Below are positions 1 to 9,224 of a stretch of 64,000 nt of DNA, one piece after another. Made by a program: the position numbers and the translations under genes. The notes under the pieces were generated by a model. That model was not told the origin of the DNA. It searched no databases and saw only the letters and a list, made by a program, of their open reading frames with translations. Positions within the stretch are counted from its first letter, which is position 1. Each line of letters opens with the position of its first letter. The stretch is from Parcubacteria group bacterium (GTDB taxonomy: Bacteria > Patescibacteriota > Minisyncoccia > Phycocordibacterales > CSBR16-119), in the NCBI GenBank assembly GCA_943356745.1, contig CALRFT010000003.1:10853-74852 (forward strand). The letters run 5' to 3'.

Positions 1-404
1 CCTGGAATTTCATGAGTCGCAATCAAATACTGAACAAGGAAACGATGAAAATCATCCTCAAGGTGAGGATTTCCCATGGCAGAAACAATATTCAGTGCGT
101 TTTTGAGACCCTTTTCAAGTAAAATACCAAAGAGTTCTTCAATCTGTCTGTCGTGTGATTCTGGTTTGAGCTTCAGTGTAATATGCGCTTCTTCTTGTGG
201 AGTGATTACAGAATCTTCATGAAGAACAACCTCTGTAGGAAGATTTTTATAGGTTTCAATAGTATGTATCGCTGCAACTTCTTTTGGTTTTTCAAAATTA
301 AGACTTGCAAGTTCTTGTTCCTTTGAAGCAAGTTGACGCTTCAAAAAAGCAACCTCATCTTCTGGATTATTAAATTGTGGAATAGGTTCTTTAAACGACA
401 ACAT
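1..404 (-). CDS. Partial CDS (N-terminus; runs off window start); possibly a large CPR VirD4/TraG-like or DUF87 ATPase
   Basis: Open frame from ATG 404 to the window edge (MLSFKEPIPQFNNPEDEVAFLKRQ...NPHLEDDFHRFLVQY), preceded by TG-A-TACAAT. The product guess is from recalled similarity of this N-terminus only; no ATPase motif lies inside the window. Confidence 0.55.
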   Translation of the reverse strand, partial: MLSFKEPIPQFNNPEDEVAFLKRQLASKEQELASLNFEKPKEVAAIHTIETYKNLPTEVVLHEDSVITPQEEAHITLKLKPESHDRQIEELFGILLEKGLKNALNIVSAMGNPHLEDDFHRFLVQYLIATHEIP

Positions 405-432
405 ATATATTTCTATTGTATCATTTTTCCAA

Positions 433-465
433 AAATAAAAACCATCTTATTGATGGTTTTTATTT
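433..465 (-). terminator. Intrinsic terminator-like hairpin after map
   Basis: AAATAAAAACCATC-TTATT-GATGGTTTTTATTT inverted repeat at the map stop. Confidence 0.65.
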
Positions 466-1230
466 CGTCAAAACTATTGTTCCCTCTTCTGTAATTGCAA
501 TTGTATGTTCAAAGTGTGTAGCAAGAGAGCCGTCATACGTAACATAGGTATATTCATCTTCTGTGACCGCAACCTCATCAGTCCCAAGTGTAAGCATCGG
601 TTCAATCGCAAGAACCATTCCTGGAACAAGTTTTGGGCCATCGCCTTTTTTTCCATAGTTTGGAACATATGGTTCTTCATGAACAGAATATCCAACACCA
701 TGACCAGCAAGAATTTTTACAATTCCGTATCCATATGGTTTTACAAATTGTTCAATCGCATAACCGATATCACCGACAGTATTTCCAACAACTGCTGCTT
801 TAATACCCACATGTAATGCTTCTTTGGTAATTGAAATAATCTTACGTGCTTCATCGCTTACCTCTCCACAAGCAATTGTGATTGCAGCATCCGTAATCAT
901 TCCTTTATGTTTTAGACCAATATCAACAGAAACAATATCTCCCTCCTGAAAGATAATATCCTCATGTGGAATACCGTGAACAACTTCATCGTTTACCGAA
1001 ACACAAACAGCTGCAGGGTATGGGTAAGAAACTCCTTCTGGTGTGTAATTCAAAAATGCAGGAGTAACTCCGGCTTCTTCAAACAAAGCTCTTGCGAGAG
1101 TGTCAATTTCCATAGCTGACACTCCTGGCTTTACAGCTTCTCCAAGCGCGCGCAAAATATGACCGTGAATACGACCTCCTTCTTTCAAAATTTCAATATC
1201 TTCTTTTGTTTTTAACTGAATATGATTCAT
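460..1230 (-). CDS. map: Type I methionine aminopeptidase
   Basis: CVSVNDEVVHGIP, DAAIT, GHGVG..VHEEP, AIEPM, HFEHT motifs; follows secY-adk. Confidence 0.97.
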   Translation of the reverse strand: MNHIQLKTKEDIEILKEGGRIHGHILRALGEAVKPGVSAMEIDTLARALFEEAGVTPAFLNYTPEGVSYPYPAAVCVSVNDEVVHGIPHEDIIFQEGDIVSVDIGLKHKGMITDAAITIACGEVSDEARKIISITKEALHVGIKAAVVGNTVGDIGYAIEQFVKPYGYGIVKILAGHGVGYSVHEEPYVPNYGKKGDGPKLVPGMVLAIEPMLTLGTDEVAVTEDEYTYVTYDGSLATHFEHTIAITEEGTIVLTK

Positions 1231-1236
1231 GAATTT

Positions 1237-1827
1237 TTATCGAGTAGCCAATCGTGAAATAAGCTCATTGTGAACATCTTCAACTGACTGCTCTCCATTA
1301 ATTTCAAGAAATACGTAATCTGGATGTTCATGGAAATACGCCATTGAAGGAACAACATTCCATTCAAACCATTCCAAACGACTTTTAATATATGCATCTG
1401 TGTCATCTCTTCGCCCTCGTGCTTTCATACGATCAAACGCCCAATTGTTTGACACGTTAATGTAGATAATGATTGGATTATTTTGTCCAAAAAATTTAAG
1501 AGCTGAGTCAAGAACCGGAGCTTCTGCTGGACGTCTACACAAACCATCAAGTATCAAATCTTGTGTTCCGTTATAATTTTTAACTAAAAAGTCTGTCCAA
1601 AGCCAGATAGGCATAAACACAGGCATGAGTCCACCATCTGTCAAAACCTGTTTAGTAAGATTTGCAGTATGAGATCCAGTCTCCATAAACTGACGAAATC
1701 CTTCTCCTGTTTCAATATAGAGAACTTCATTCCCTTTTGTTTTTTTAAGATATTCTCCTAATATTTTTGCCTGAGTTCCTTTCCCAGAACCAGATTTACC
1801 AAAGAAAACGAATGTTTGTGGACGCAT
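1237..1827 (-). CDS. adk: Adenylate / nucleoside monophosphate kinase (short LID)
   Basis: P-loop GKSGSGKGTQ, ILDG, RGRRDD; lies between secY and map. Confidence 0.9.
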   Translation of the reverse strand: MRPQTFVFFGKSGSGKGTQAKILGEYLKKTKGNEVLYIETGEGFRQFMETGSHTANLTKQVLTDGGLMPVFMPIWLWTDFLVKNYNGTQDLILDGLCRRPAEAPVLDSALKFFGQNNPIIIYINVSNNWAFDRMKARGRRDDTDAYIKSRLEWFEWNVVPSMAYFHEHPDYVFLEINGEQSVEDVHNELISRLATR

Positions 1828-1884
1828 AATACTTGTTAATTAAATTAGATAAATACATTCGCAGTATAACACAAGAACCCTTGA

Positions 1885-1930
1885 ATTAAAACAAAAATCC
1901 GCCCTGTTGGGGGCGGATTTTTGTTTTAAT
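1885..1930 (-). terminator. Intrinsic terminator after secY
   Basis: AAAACAAAAATCCGCCC-TGTTGG-GGGCGGATTTTTGTTTT. Confidence 0.8.
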
Positions 1931-3191
1931 ATTGTCGCATTGCAACAGCGCCATCAAGTTTCTTTGTAATATCAATAATTACAGAAACCACAATGAGGAG
2001 TGCTGTTCCTCCAATTGTAAGTGAAGGAATTCCAGTAAGTTGTTGTGTGAGCACAGGAAGTACTGCAATCAACCCAAGGAATAATCCTCCCAAGAATGTA
2101 ATTCGTTTTACAATTTTTTCAATATATTCCTTTGTTGAATTTCCTGGACGAACTCCTGGAATAAAGGCACCTTGCTTTTGAAGATTTGAAGCCATAGCAT
2201 CAGCATCAAAAGTAATAGATGTATAGAAATATGTAAATGCAAATACAAGTGCAAAGTATACAAGTGAGTACACCCATACTGATTGCAAGAACCAGTTAAG
2301 AGCATTCACCACCCCTCCTGCCCAAGACGCACTTGAAGCTGAAAGGAAAGTTACGATAAGTTGTGGGAAAAGAAGGATAGAGAGAGCGAAGATGATTGGC
2401 ATCACTCCCGCCATATTTACCTTCAAAGGAACAAAACTATGTACTGTTCCTGATCCACCTTGTCGTGATGCATTTGCATACGTTGTCGGAATAAGACGTT
2501 CCGCTTCTGTTACAAGAATAACTCCTGCGATAATAAGAAGAGCGAGAACCACAAATGCCAAGTATAGTGGGATTTGTGCAACATCAAATGTGAATGAGAA
2601 CTGACTTATTTGAGATGGGATTGCAGAAACGATACCTGCAAAGATAATCACAGATACCCCGTTTCCAATTCCATACTCAGAAATAAGTTCTCCAAGCCAC
2701 ATAAGGATGAATGATCCAGCGATAATAGAAGCTAAGTTTGTAACTGTTTGAAGAGTTGTTTGATCAACAAGAACTCCTTGTTGTTGCAAAAGAAGCAAAA
2801 GACCAAAACCTTGAATTGCTGCCAATGGGATAGTAATGATTCGAGAGATTTGCGTAAATCGATCTCGTCCAATCGCACCTTCTTCATGGAACATTGATTT
2901 CAACCGAGGTGAAATCACAGTAAGGAGTTGCATTACAATTGAAGATGTAATGAACGGTCCCACTCCAAGAAGAACCAATGACAGTGATGATAAACCTCCT
3001 CCAGAGAAAATGTTTAGAAGTCCAAAGAATTGATTTGTTTGCAATAGACTTTGAAGTTGAAATACATCTACACCTGGAACTGGAATCGAAGACAGCATTC
3101 GAAATACAATCAAAATTCCCAAAAGGAATAAAATCTTGTTTCGAATAGACTTATCTTTTAAAACCACCGTTAGTTTTTGCCAAAATTTCAT
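1926..3191 (-). CDS. secY: Preprotein translocase subunit SecY
   Basis: LGVGPFITSSIVMQLL, WLGELISEYGIGNGVS, FIPGVRPG, GGTALLIVV; multi-TM. Confidence 0.98.
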   Translation of the reverse strand: MKFWQKLTVVLKDKSIRNKILFLLGILIVFRMLSSIPVPGVDVFQLQSLLQTNQFFGLLNIFSGGGLSSLSLVLLGVGPFITSSIVMQLLTVISPRLKSMFHEEGAIGRDRFTQISRIITIPLAAIQGFGLLLLLQQQGVLVDQTTLQTVTNLASIIAGSFILMWLGELISEYGIGNGVSVIIFAGIVSAIPSQISQFSFTFDVAQIPLYLAFVVLALLIIAGVILVTEAERLIPTTYANASRQGGSGTVHSFVPLKVNMAGVMPIIFALSILLFPQLIVTFLSASSASWAGGVVNALNWFLQSVWVYSLVYFALVFAFTYFYTSITFDADAMASNLQKQGAFIPGVRPGNSTKEYIEKIVKRITFLGGLFLGLIAVLPVLTQQLTGIPSLTIGGTALLIVVSVIIDITKKLDGAVAMRQY

Positions 3192-3256
3192 AATATTAGT
3201 ATATCACCAGGAAACCCTATTGGATATAGCTATCCAATAGATGAACCCTGACGTAA

Positions 3257-3706
3257 TTATGCTTTTACTGTTCCACCAAGCGCTTCAATTTTTGTTTGCG
3301 CACTTTTTGAAACTGCACAACCAATAATAGTAAGCTTCTTTGTTAATTCTCCAGATGCAAGAATTTTCACTTCTGGGAGTTTACCACTCTTTCGTTCAAT
3401 AATTCCTTTTTCTGCAAGAGTTTTTGGAGAAACGATATCGTTATTAGAGAACAACTCAAGTGAAACAAGATTCACTGCAAATGCTTTTTCTTTTGATCCA
3501 TCTACAGTTTGAGCTCGGTTTTTACCGTGACCTCGAAGTTTTGGAAGCTTCTTGATAAGGTCAAGATACGCAGGTCGAATACTGTGTCCAGCTCGTGCCT
3601 TTTGTCCCTTGTGTCCTCGTCCTGAAGTTTTTCCTCGTGTACCTCCTCGTCCTACAAGTTTCTTTTTAGCATTTTTTACCTTTCGTTTAAGAGTATGAGT
3701 TTGCAT
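3257..3706 (-). CDS. rplO: 50S ribosomal protein uL15
   Basis: VGRGGTRGKTSGRGHKGQKAR. Confidence 0.97.
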   Translation of the reverse strand: MQTHTLKRKVKNAKKKLVGRGGTRGKTSGRGHKGQKARAGHSIRPAYLDLIKKLPKLRGHGKNRAQTVDGSKEKAFAVNLVSLELFSNNDIVSPKTLAEKGIIERKSGKLPEVKILASGELTKKLTIIGCAVSKSAQTKIEALGGTVKA

Positions 3707-3725
3707 AGTCGTGTGAGAAAGTAAA

Positions 3726-4385
3726 TTATTTTACTTCTTGTGTATTACTTGTAGATTCGACCATCTTCCCTGTTGGAAGTTTTTTAAGAGCAAGCATTGT
3801 TGCTCGAACATTGTTGATTGGGTTTTTACTTCGAGTATAAATCTTTGCAGTAACATCTGTCATACCTGCAAGATTGAAAATATCTCGAATCGCTGCTCCT
3901 GACACAAGTCCTTTTCCTTTGTTTGGTGAAAGCCAAATTTGAGATGACTTGTATTTTGCTTCCACTTCATGTGGAATAGAAGCATTTTTTGTTCGAGGAA
4001 TAGTCATCATATGCTTCTTTGCACTTTGAAGTGCTTTGTTGATAGCAAGTGATGTGTCGTTTGACTTACCTGTCCCAAAACCAATTCGTCCATTTTTGTC
4101 TCCGATAAGCATTGCAACAGCAAATGAAAATCGTCGTCCTCCAGCCATAACTCGAGTTACTCGTCGGATACTTACAATTTTTTGATCGAACTCAGGTTTT
4201 ACACGTTCAGGTCGCTTTCCTCCTCGTGGTCCACCTTTTGGTCCACCAAAACGTCGTTGTCCACCAGATTGTGGTGCACTACTTCCTGGAGCTCCTGGAG
4301 CTCGCCGTGGCGCACCTTTTGGAGCAAATTTTGGAGTAAAAGTTCCTCCCGTATTATTTGTTTTTGTTACGTTTTTTGTTTCCAT
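3726..4385 (-). CDS. rpsE: 30S ribosomal protein uS5 with G/P-rich N-terminal extension
   Basis: RRVTRVMAGGRRFSF, IPHEVEAK, NPINNVRAT. Confidence 0.97.
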   Translation of the reverse strand: METKNVTKTNNTGGTFTPKFAPKGAPRRAPGAPGSSAPQSGGQRRFGGPKGGPRGGKRPERVKPEFDQKIVSIRRVTRVMAGGRRFSFAVAMLIGDKNGRIGFGTGKSNDTSLAINKALQSAKKHMMTIPRTKNASIPHEVEAKYKSSQIWLSPNKGKGLVSGAAIRDIFNLAGMTDVTAKIYTRSKNPINNVRATMLALKKLPTGKMVESTSNTQEVK

Positions 4386-4390
4386 ATAAC

Positions 4391-4744
4391 TTAGAATGTT
4401 AGCCCAGCACTTCGTGCTGTGTCTGCCAATGTTTTTACTCGACCAACATACTTGTATCCATTTCTATCAAATACAACTGTATTGATTTTCTTTTCGAGAG
4501 CCAATTTTGCAATTATTTCTCCTACCTTTGCTGCTCGCTCAGCTTTTGATCCATCTTTCATCTTTCGATCAGATGCAGAAACAAGAGTTACCCGAGAAAC
4601 ATCGTCAATCAATTGTGCGTAGATTGATTTGTTTGAACGAAACACTGTAAATCGTGGTCGTTCAGCTGTTCCTTTCACTTGTGAACGAATTCGCTTTTTA
4701 ATTCGGAAACGTTTCGCAAGTTTAATATTTTTTATAGTTTTCAT
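4391..4744 (-). CDS. rplR: 50S ribosomal protein uL18
   Basis: [34 protein letters not shown]. Confidence 0.97.
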   Translation of the reverse strand: MKTIKNIKLAKRFRIKKRIRSQVKGTAERPRFTVFRSNKSIYAQLIDDVSRVTLVSASDRKMKDGSKAERAAKVGEIIAKLALEKKINTVVFDRNGYKYVGRVKTLADTARSAGLTF

Positions 4745-4765
4745 ATAAATGTATTTAAGAAGATA

Positions 4766-5299
4766 TTATGCAGACTTCTTACCTTGCTTACGTCTAATAT
4801 ATTCTCCAACATATCGAATACCTTTCCCTTTGTATGGTTCTGGTTTCTTAAGTGCTCGAATACTTGCTGCAAATTGTCCGACCTTTTCTTTATCAATTCC
4901 TGTAATAGTCATGTTGTTCTTTTCAATAACAACCTCAAGTCCAGCTGGAACTTCTACACGAACTTCGTGAGAAAATCCAAGGTTCATAACTATAGTTTTT
5001 CCATCAATATTCATACGGTATCCAACTCCTTCAAGAGCAAGTTGCTTTTTGTATGGTTCTACCAAACCAGCAATCATGTTTTTGATATGAGAAGCGTATG
5101 TTCCCCAAAGTGCATATGAGAAATTACTATCATCATTTGGTTTCAATGTGATTTCATTTCCATTGATCATAATATCGATATTATTTTTGAACGGTCGAGA
5201 AAGTTCACCTTTTGAACTTTTCGCTGTGAATACTCCATCAGCAAGTGATACAGTAACACCTTCGGGAATTTGTATGATTTGTTTTCCTACTCGTGACAT
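4766..5299 (-). CDS. rplF: 50S ribosomal protein uL6
   Basis: Start reassigned to MSRVGK (ATG 5299); LGFSH, KPEPYKGKGIRY. Confidence 0.97.
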   Translation of the reverse strand: MSRVGKQIIQIPEGVTVSLADGVFTAKSSKGELSRPFKNNIDIMINGNEITLKPNDDSNFSYALWGTYASHIKNMIAGLVEPYKKQLALEGVGYRMNIDGKTIVMNLGFSHEVRVEVPAGLEVVIEKNNMTITGIDKEKVGQFAASIRALKKPEPYKGKGIRYVGEYIRRKQGKKSA

Positions 5300-5306
5300 A
5301 TATTTC

Positions 5307-5696
5307 TTACCAAATCTTAAACAACGCTTCCCCTCCGACTTGTTCTTTTCGTGCTGATTTTCCATCAAGCACTCCTTTTGGAGTTGAAAGTACTAGTAAT
5401 CCATATCCGTTTCGAACCGATCGAATATCGTTTGTTCCAAAATAAATTCTTCGTGAAGGTCGAGAAACTCGCTCTACATGAGTAACCTTTGGTTCTTTTC
5501 CTTTGTATATAAGTTCAAGCTCAAGTGCTGGAAATCCATCTTTCCCTGTTTTTTTAGAAGCAGTTTTGATGAATCCGTTTTTTAGCAAGCACTGTGCAAT
5601 GGCATGCTTATACTTTGAGTAAGGAGTCACAACTGATTCCTTTCCTGCAAGGTTTGCATTTTTTACCATTACGAGCATATCTGCGATTTTATCCAT
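5307..5696 (-). CDS. rpsH: 30S ribosomal protein uS8
   Basis: DKIADML, RVSRPSRRIY, LSTPKGV, VGGE. Confidence 0.97.
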   Translation of the reverse strand: MDKIADMLVMVKNANLAGKESVVTPYSKYKHAIAQCLLKNGFIKTASKKTGKDGFPALELELIYKGKEPKVTHVERVSRPSRRIYFGTNDIRSVRNGYGLLVLSTPKGVLDGKSARKEQVGGEALFKIW

Positions 5697-5734
5697 AATT
5701 ATTGTTGTATAGAAAGCAAAAACTTTCTATGTAA

Positions 5735-6004
5735 TTACCATGAAGACTTACGAATTCCAGGAATCATCCCTTCGTTTGCAAGTTCACGAAACTTAATTCG
5801 AGACATTCCGAATGCTCGGAGATATCCTTTTGATCGACCTGTGAAAGCACATTGGTTCTTTCGGCGTGTTGGCGAAGAGTTTCGAGGCAGCTTTTGAAGC
5901 GCTTCGAGATCTCCGTCTGCCTTAAGCTGCGCTCGCTTTGTAGCGTACTTTTGGTACATTCGCTCTTTTTTGATATTTCGAGCGATAAGAGATTTTTTAG
6001 CCAT
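5735..6004 (-). CDS. rpsN: 30S ribosomal protein uS14, 89-aa zinc-independent (C-minus) type
   Basis: MAKKS...[12 protein letters not shown]...TGR...[19 protein letters not shown]; only one Cys. Confidence 0.96.
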   Translation of the reverse strand: MAKKSLIARNIKKERMYQKYATKRAQLKADGDLEALQKLPRNSSPTRRKNQCAFTGRSKGYLRAFGMSRIKFRELANEGMIPGIRKSSW

Positions 6005-6134
6005 GTGTGACTAGTATCTAGTAGATATCACGCTAAAACTATTGAAATTACAGCATTTTGCTGTAGTTTTAAGAGAATTTACGGATCTACACATTATTCT
6101 ATTAAATGTGCCTGAGTTCCCTCAGACAGACCTC

Positions 6135-6163
6135 ATACTACTTCCTAAACCCTTATTTGTCAA
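6135..6163 (-). promoter_or_regulatory. Sigma70-type promoter for rpsN-rpsH-rplF-rplR-rpsE-rplO
   Basis: TTGACA-N17-TAGTAT on the minus strand, ~130 nt upstream of rpsN. Confidence 0.75.
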
Positions 6164-6178
6164 TGTTTTTCAGACTCA

Positions 6179-6206
6179 AGAAAAGCTGGCAAAAGCCAGC
6201 TTTTCT
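6179..6206 (-). terminator. Terminator-like hairpin downstream of the 51-aa ORF
   Basis: AGAAAAGCTGGC-AAAA-GCCAGCTTTTCT perfect 12-bp inverted repeat. Confidence 0.65.
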
Positions 6207-6251
6207 CACAGACCTAGGGTAGCGAATTGATCTGTTATTTTAATTATAACA

Positions 6252-6407
6252 CTAACAATCAGATCGAAAACTACAAATAACAGAAGCTGGGGATTGAGGT
6301 TCGTTACCCTGTCCCTCGAATGAATTTGCCACCATAACTCCAACAAGACCCATGAGGATTATGAGTGAAAATAGAAGAATAGTTTTTATAAAGTGACCAT
6401 TAAACAT
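6252..6407 (-). CDS. Small single-TM hypothetical protein (51 aa), below the ORF-track cutoff
   Basis: MFNGHFIKTILLFSLIILMGLVGVMVANSFEGQGNEPQSPASVICSFRSDC; TG-A-TATAAT 6 nt before the ATG; hairpin downstream. Confidence 0.65.
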   Translation of the reverse strand: MFNGHFIKTILLFSLIILMGLVGVMVANSFEGQGNEPQSPASVICSFRSDC

Positions 6408-6454
6408 GAGCCAATTATATCATACAGAAATAATTTTAATGATATACTTTGTGT

Positions 6455-7840
6455 ATGAAATTGAGTCACAAGAAAAAAATTGCATACACTGGCGGAATTA
6501 TCGCAATTGCAACAATTTCTTTTTTTGTGGTTCACAATCTCAATTTTTCAAAAAGTACTGCAAAAATATACGAGAAGAAACTTCAAAAAACCGAACAATC
6601 TCTTGAAATATTTCAATCACAGGATTTTACACTCTCAAATCAAGATGGTTCCGTACAACACACCATCTCAAAAGAAAATCTTGGTCTTTTTGCAAGTGTC
6701 ATAGATGATCCAAAAACAGGATTTCCAACAATAGATATCTATGATCCCCTTCTTACAGAAGAACTTCAAAACTATAACCAAGAAATGCAGGATGCGTATT
6801 TTAAAATACATGAAGATAACTCTATAGAAATTATTCCTTCAAAACTTGGTGTTCGAGTTGATATTACAAATACAGAGCAATCCATCATTAAAAGTATTAA
6901 ATCGAAACAACACTCTACTGAAATTATATTTGAAAGTATCGAGCCAGATCTCACAACAAAAGAAGCGGAGGAGCTACAAATAAAACACCCTATTGTTTCA
7001 TTCACCACTTATTTCTCTTGTTGTGAAGCACGAGCAAAAAATATACAACAGGTTGCAAAGGTTGTTGATGGAGCACTTGTGTTCCCAGGACAAGAATTTA
7101 ATCTCAATACCCACATCGGAAAACGAACTGAGGACAGAGGCTTTCTTCCAGCAGGAACTATTGTAAAAGGAAGTATGATTGAAACAGTTGGTGGAGGAAT
7201 CAGTCAGTTTGCAACAACTTTTTACAACGCAGTATATTGGGGTGGATTCCAAGATATTAGTCACACACCACACAGTCGATATTTTTCTCGATATCCAGAA
7301 GGAATTGAAGCAACAATCTCATGGCCTGAGCCTCATCTTATTTTTAAAAATAACAGATCTCACGGAATCTTAATACAAACAAAAACCGGAGATACTTATG
7401 TGACTGTAACTTTTTTTGGAAACAATGATGGACGATATATTCAAGGAAAACACAAAGGTGGAGAAACAATAGTCACAACAATTTCAGAAGGTGGAGAGAA
7501 CGCACAAATAGTAGAATCTACCGTTGAAAACAAAACAGATATCTATCCACCAAAAGAGATTTACTATGTTGATGAAAATCTCGAAAAAAATGCAATCTAT
7601 CATAAAACACCGGGACGACACAGTTACTCGGTTGATATCATTCGAACAATCAAAAATAAAGCTGGAGACATTTTAGAATCAAGAAAATGGAAAACATTTT
7701 ATCTTTCAGAAGACAAAGAGTTTATGGTTCAATCTTGCGAGTTTGCACCAGAGCAAAGTATTTGTAAGACAAAGGAAGATGTAGAAAACGAAAAAAAATC
7801 TCTTGAGGAATTCTTTCAAGAATTAGAAAAAAATAGCTAA
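6455..7840 (+). CDS. VanW family protein (membrane-anchored)
   Basis: N-terminal TM; RAKNI, FNLNTHIGKRT, VGGGISQFATTFYNA, PHSRYFSRYPEGIEATI; ATG 6455 follows TG-A-TATACT. Confidence 0.88.
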   Translation: MKLSHKKKIAYTGGIIAIATISFFVVHNLNFSKSTAKIYEKKLQKTEQSLEIFQSQDFTLSNQDGSVQHTISKENLGLFASVIDDPKTGFPTIDIYDPLLTEELQNYNQEMQDAYFKIHEDNSIEIIPSKLGVRVDITNTEQSIIKSIKSKQHSTEIIFESIEPDLTTKEAEELQIKHPIVSFTTYFSCCEARAKNIQQVAKVVDGALVFPGQEFNLNTHIGKRTEDRGFLPAGTIVKGSMIETVGGGISQFATTFYNAVYWGGFQDISHTPHSRYFSRYPEGIEATISWPEPHLIFKNNRSHGILIQTKTGDTYVTVTFFGNNDGRYIQGKHKGGETIVTTISEGGENAQIVESTVENKTDIYPPKEIYYVDENLEKNAIYHKTPGRHSYSVDIIRTIKNKAGDILESRKWKTFYLSEDKEFMVQSCEFAPEQSICKTKEDVENEKKSLEEFFQELEKNS

Positions 7841-7901
7841 TAAAACACCTATTGCAGGGTGTTTTATTTTGACCTACTTAGTGGTATACTCTCGACAAGT
7901 T

Positions 7902-9221
7902 ATGAAAAATATCGAAAGAATTTTTATCCTATTTTGGGGAGATATTGTCATACTATTCTCCTCTTTTTGGTTGACCCTTATTGTTGGTTTTTGGGGTGAT
8001 TTTAATCAAGAAATTATAGAATCTCACTCTGTTCCCTTTTTCTTTTTACATATAGGTTGGGTTATCATTCTCTTTCTTTTTAATCTTTATGAACTCAAGC
8101 TTTCAAAACCAAATATTTCAAATTTAAAAAATATTGGACAAGCACTTGTTTCTTGCTTTTTACTTGGAATAGTTTTTTTCTACCTTACACCTTTTTTTGA
8201 GATTACACCTAAGATAAATCTTGTTATAAATACCGTTACTTTCGGTGGACTCTTTTTCCTTTGGAGAAGAATGTTTTATCTATTATTTGCAAAAAATTTC
8301 AGGAAAAAAGCAATTCTTATAACCAGCGAGTCAAATCAAGTAAAAATTAATTTTATAAATTTCCTTGAAAATAATCCTCACACAGGAATTGAAATTGTAA
8401 ACTCATATACAGATGCTGAAGTATTCCTATCTCAAGAATACTCAAATATAGACATATTAATTGTTTCTGGAAATGTTCTTAAAAACCCACAAATATTTAA
8501 AGCTATCTTTAAAAGAAATATTGAAATATTAGAATTTACTCAAGCATATGAAAATCTTCTAGCAAAAATCCCAATCGATACTATCGATGAATCTTGGCTG
8601 ATCCACAAAATACCTGAAGAAAATATTCTCTATAAAACAATTAAAAGATGTGTTGATATTTTTATTTCCTCTCTTGCGTTGATTATTTTTTCTCCTTTTC
8701 TCATACTTGCAATAATATCAATCAAACTCCAAGATAGAGGACCGATCTTTATCAAACAAACACGGACCGGAAAACATAATATCCCATTTAAACTTCTCAA
8801 ATTACGCTCAATGGTTTCATTACACTCTGATGGTTCAGCAGAGTCAGGAGGAGTTCCGACCTGGGCAGAAAAAAATGACCCAAGAATCACCTCTGTTGGA
8901 AACATACTCAGAAAAACACACATTGATGAATTACCACAACTCATTAATGTACTTCGTGGAGATATTTCACTTGTGGGACCAAGACCGGAACGCCCAGAAT
9001 TTGTCGCAAAACTCGAGCAAGAAATTCCCTTCTATCACATGAGACATATCATCAAACCAGGCTTCACCGGCTGGGCTCAAATCAAGTTCAGATACGCGCG
9101 AAATGTTTTGGATAGTAAAGAGAAGTTTGAATATGATTTGTACTATATTAAAAATAGAAATATAATTCTTGATTTTGGTATTATTACCAAAACAATACAA
9201 ATTATTTTTACCCATCAATAA
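7902..9221 (+). CDS. Initiating polyprenyl-phosphate glycosylphosphotransferase (WcaJ/WbaP/CpsE family)
   Basis: N-terminal TMs; IKRCVDI, KLRSM, DPRIT..G..LRKTHIDELPQLINVLRGDISLVGPRPE, KPGFTGWAQ. Confidence 0.93.
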   Translation: MKNIERIFILFWGDIVILFSSFWLTLIVGFWGDFNQEIIESHSVPFFFLHIGWVIILFLFNLYELKLSKPNISNLKNIGQALVSCFLLGIVFFYLTPFFEITPKINLVINTVTFGGLFFLWRRMFYLLFAKNFRKKAILITSESNQVKINFINFLENNPHTGIEIVNSYTDAEVFLSQEYSNIDILIVSGNVLKNPQIFKAIFKRNIEILEFTQAYENLLAKIPIDTIDESWLIHKIPEENILYKTIKRCVDIFISSLALIIFSPFLILAIISIKLQDRGPIFIKQTRTGKHNIPFKLLKLRSMVSLHSDGSAESGGVPTWAEKNDPRITSVGNILRKTHIDELPQLINVLRGDISLVGPRPERPEFVAKLEQEIPFYHMRHIIKPGFTGWAQIKFRYARNVLDSKEKFEYDLYYIKNRNIILDFGIITKTIQIIFTHQ

Positions 9222-9224
9222 ACA

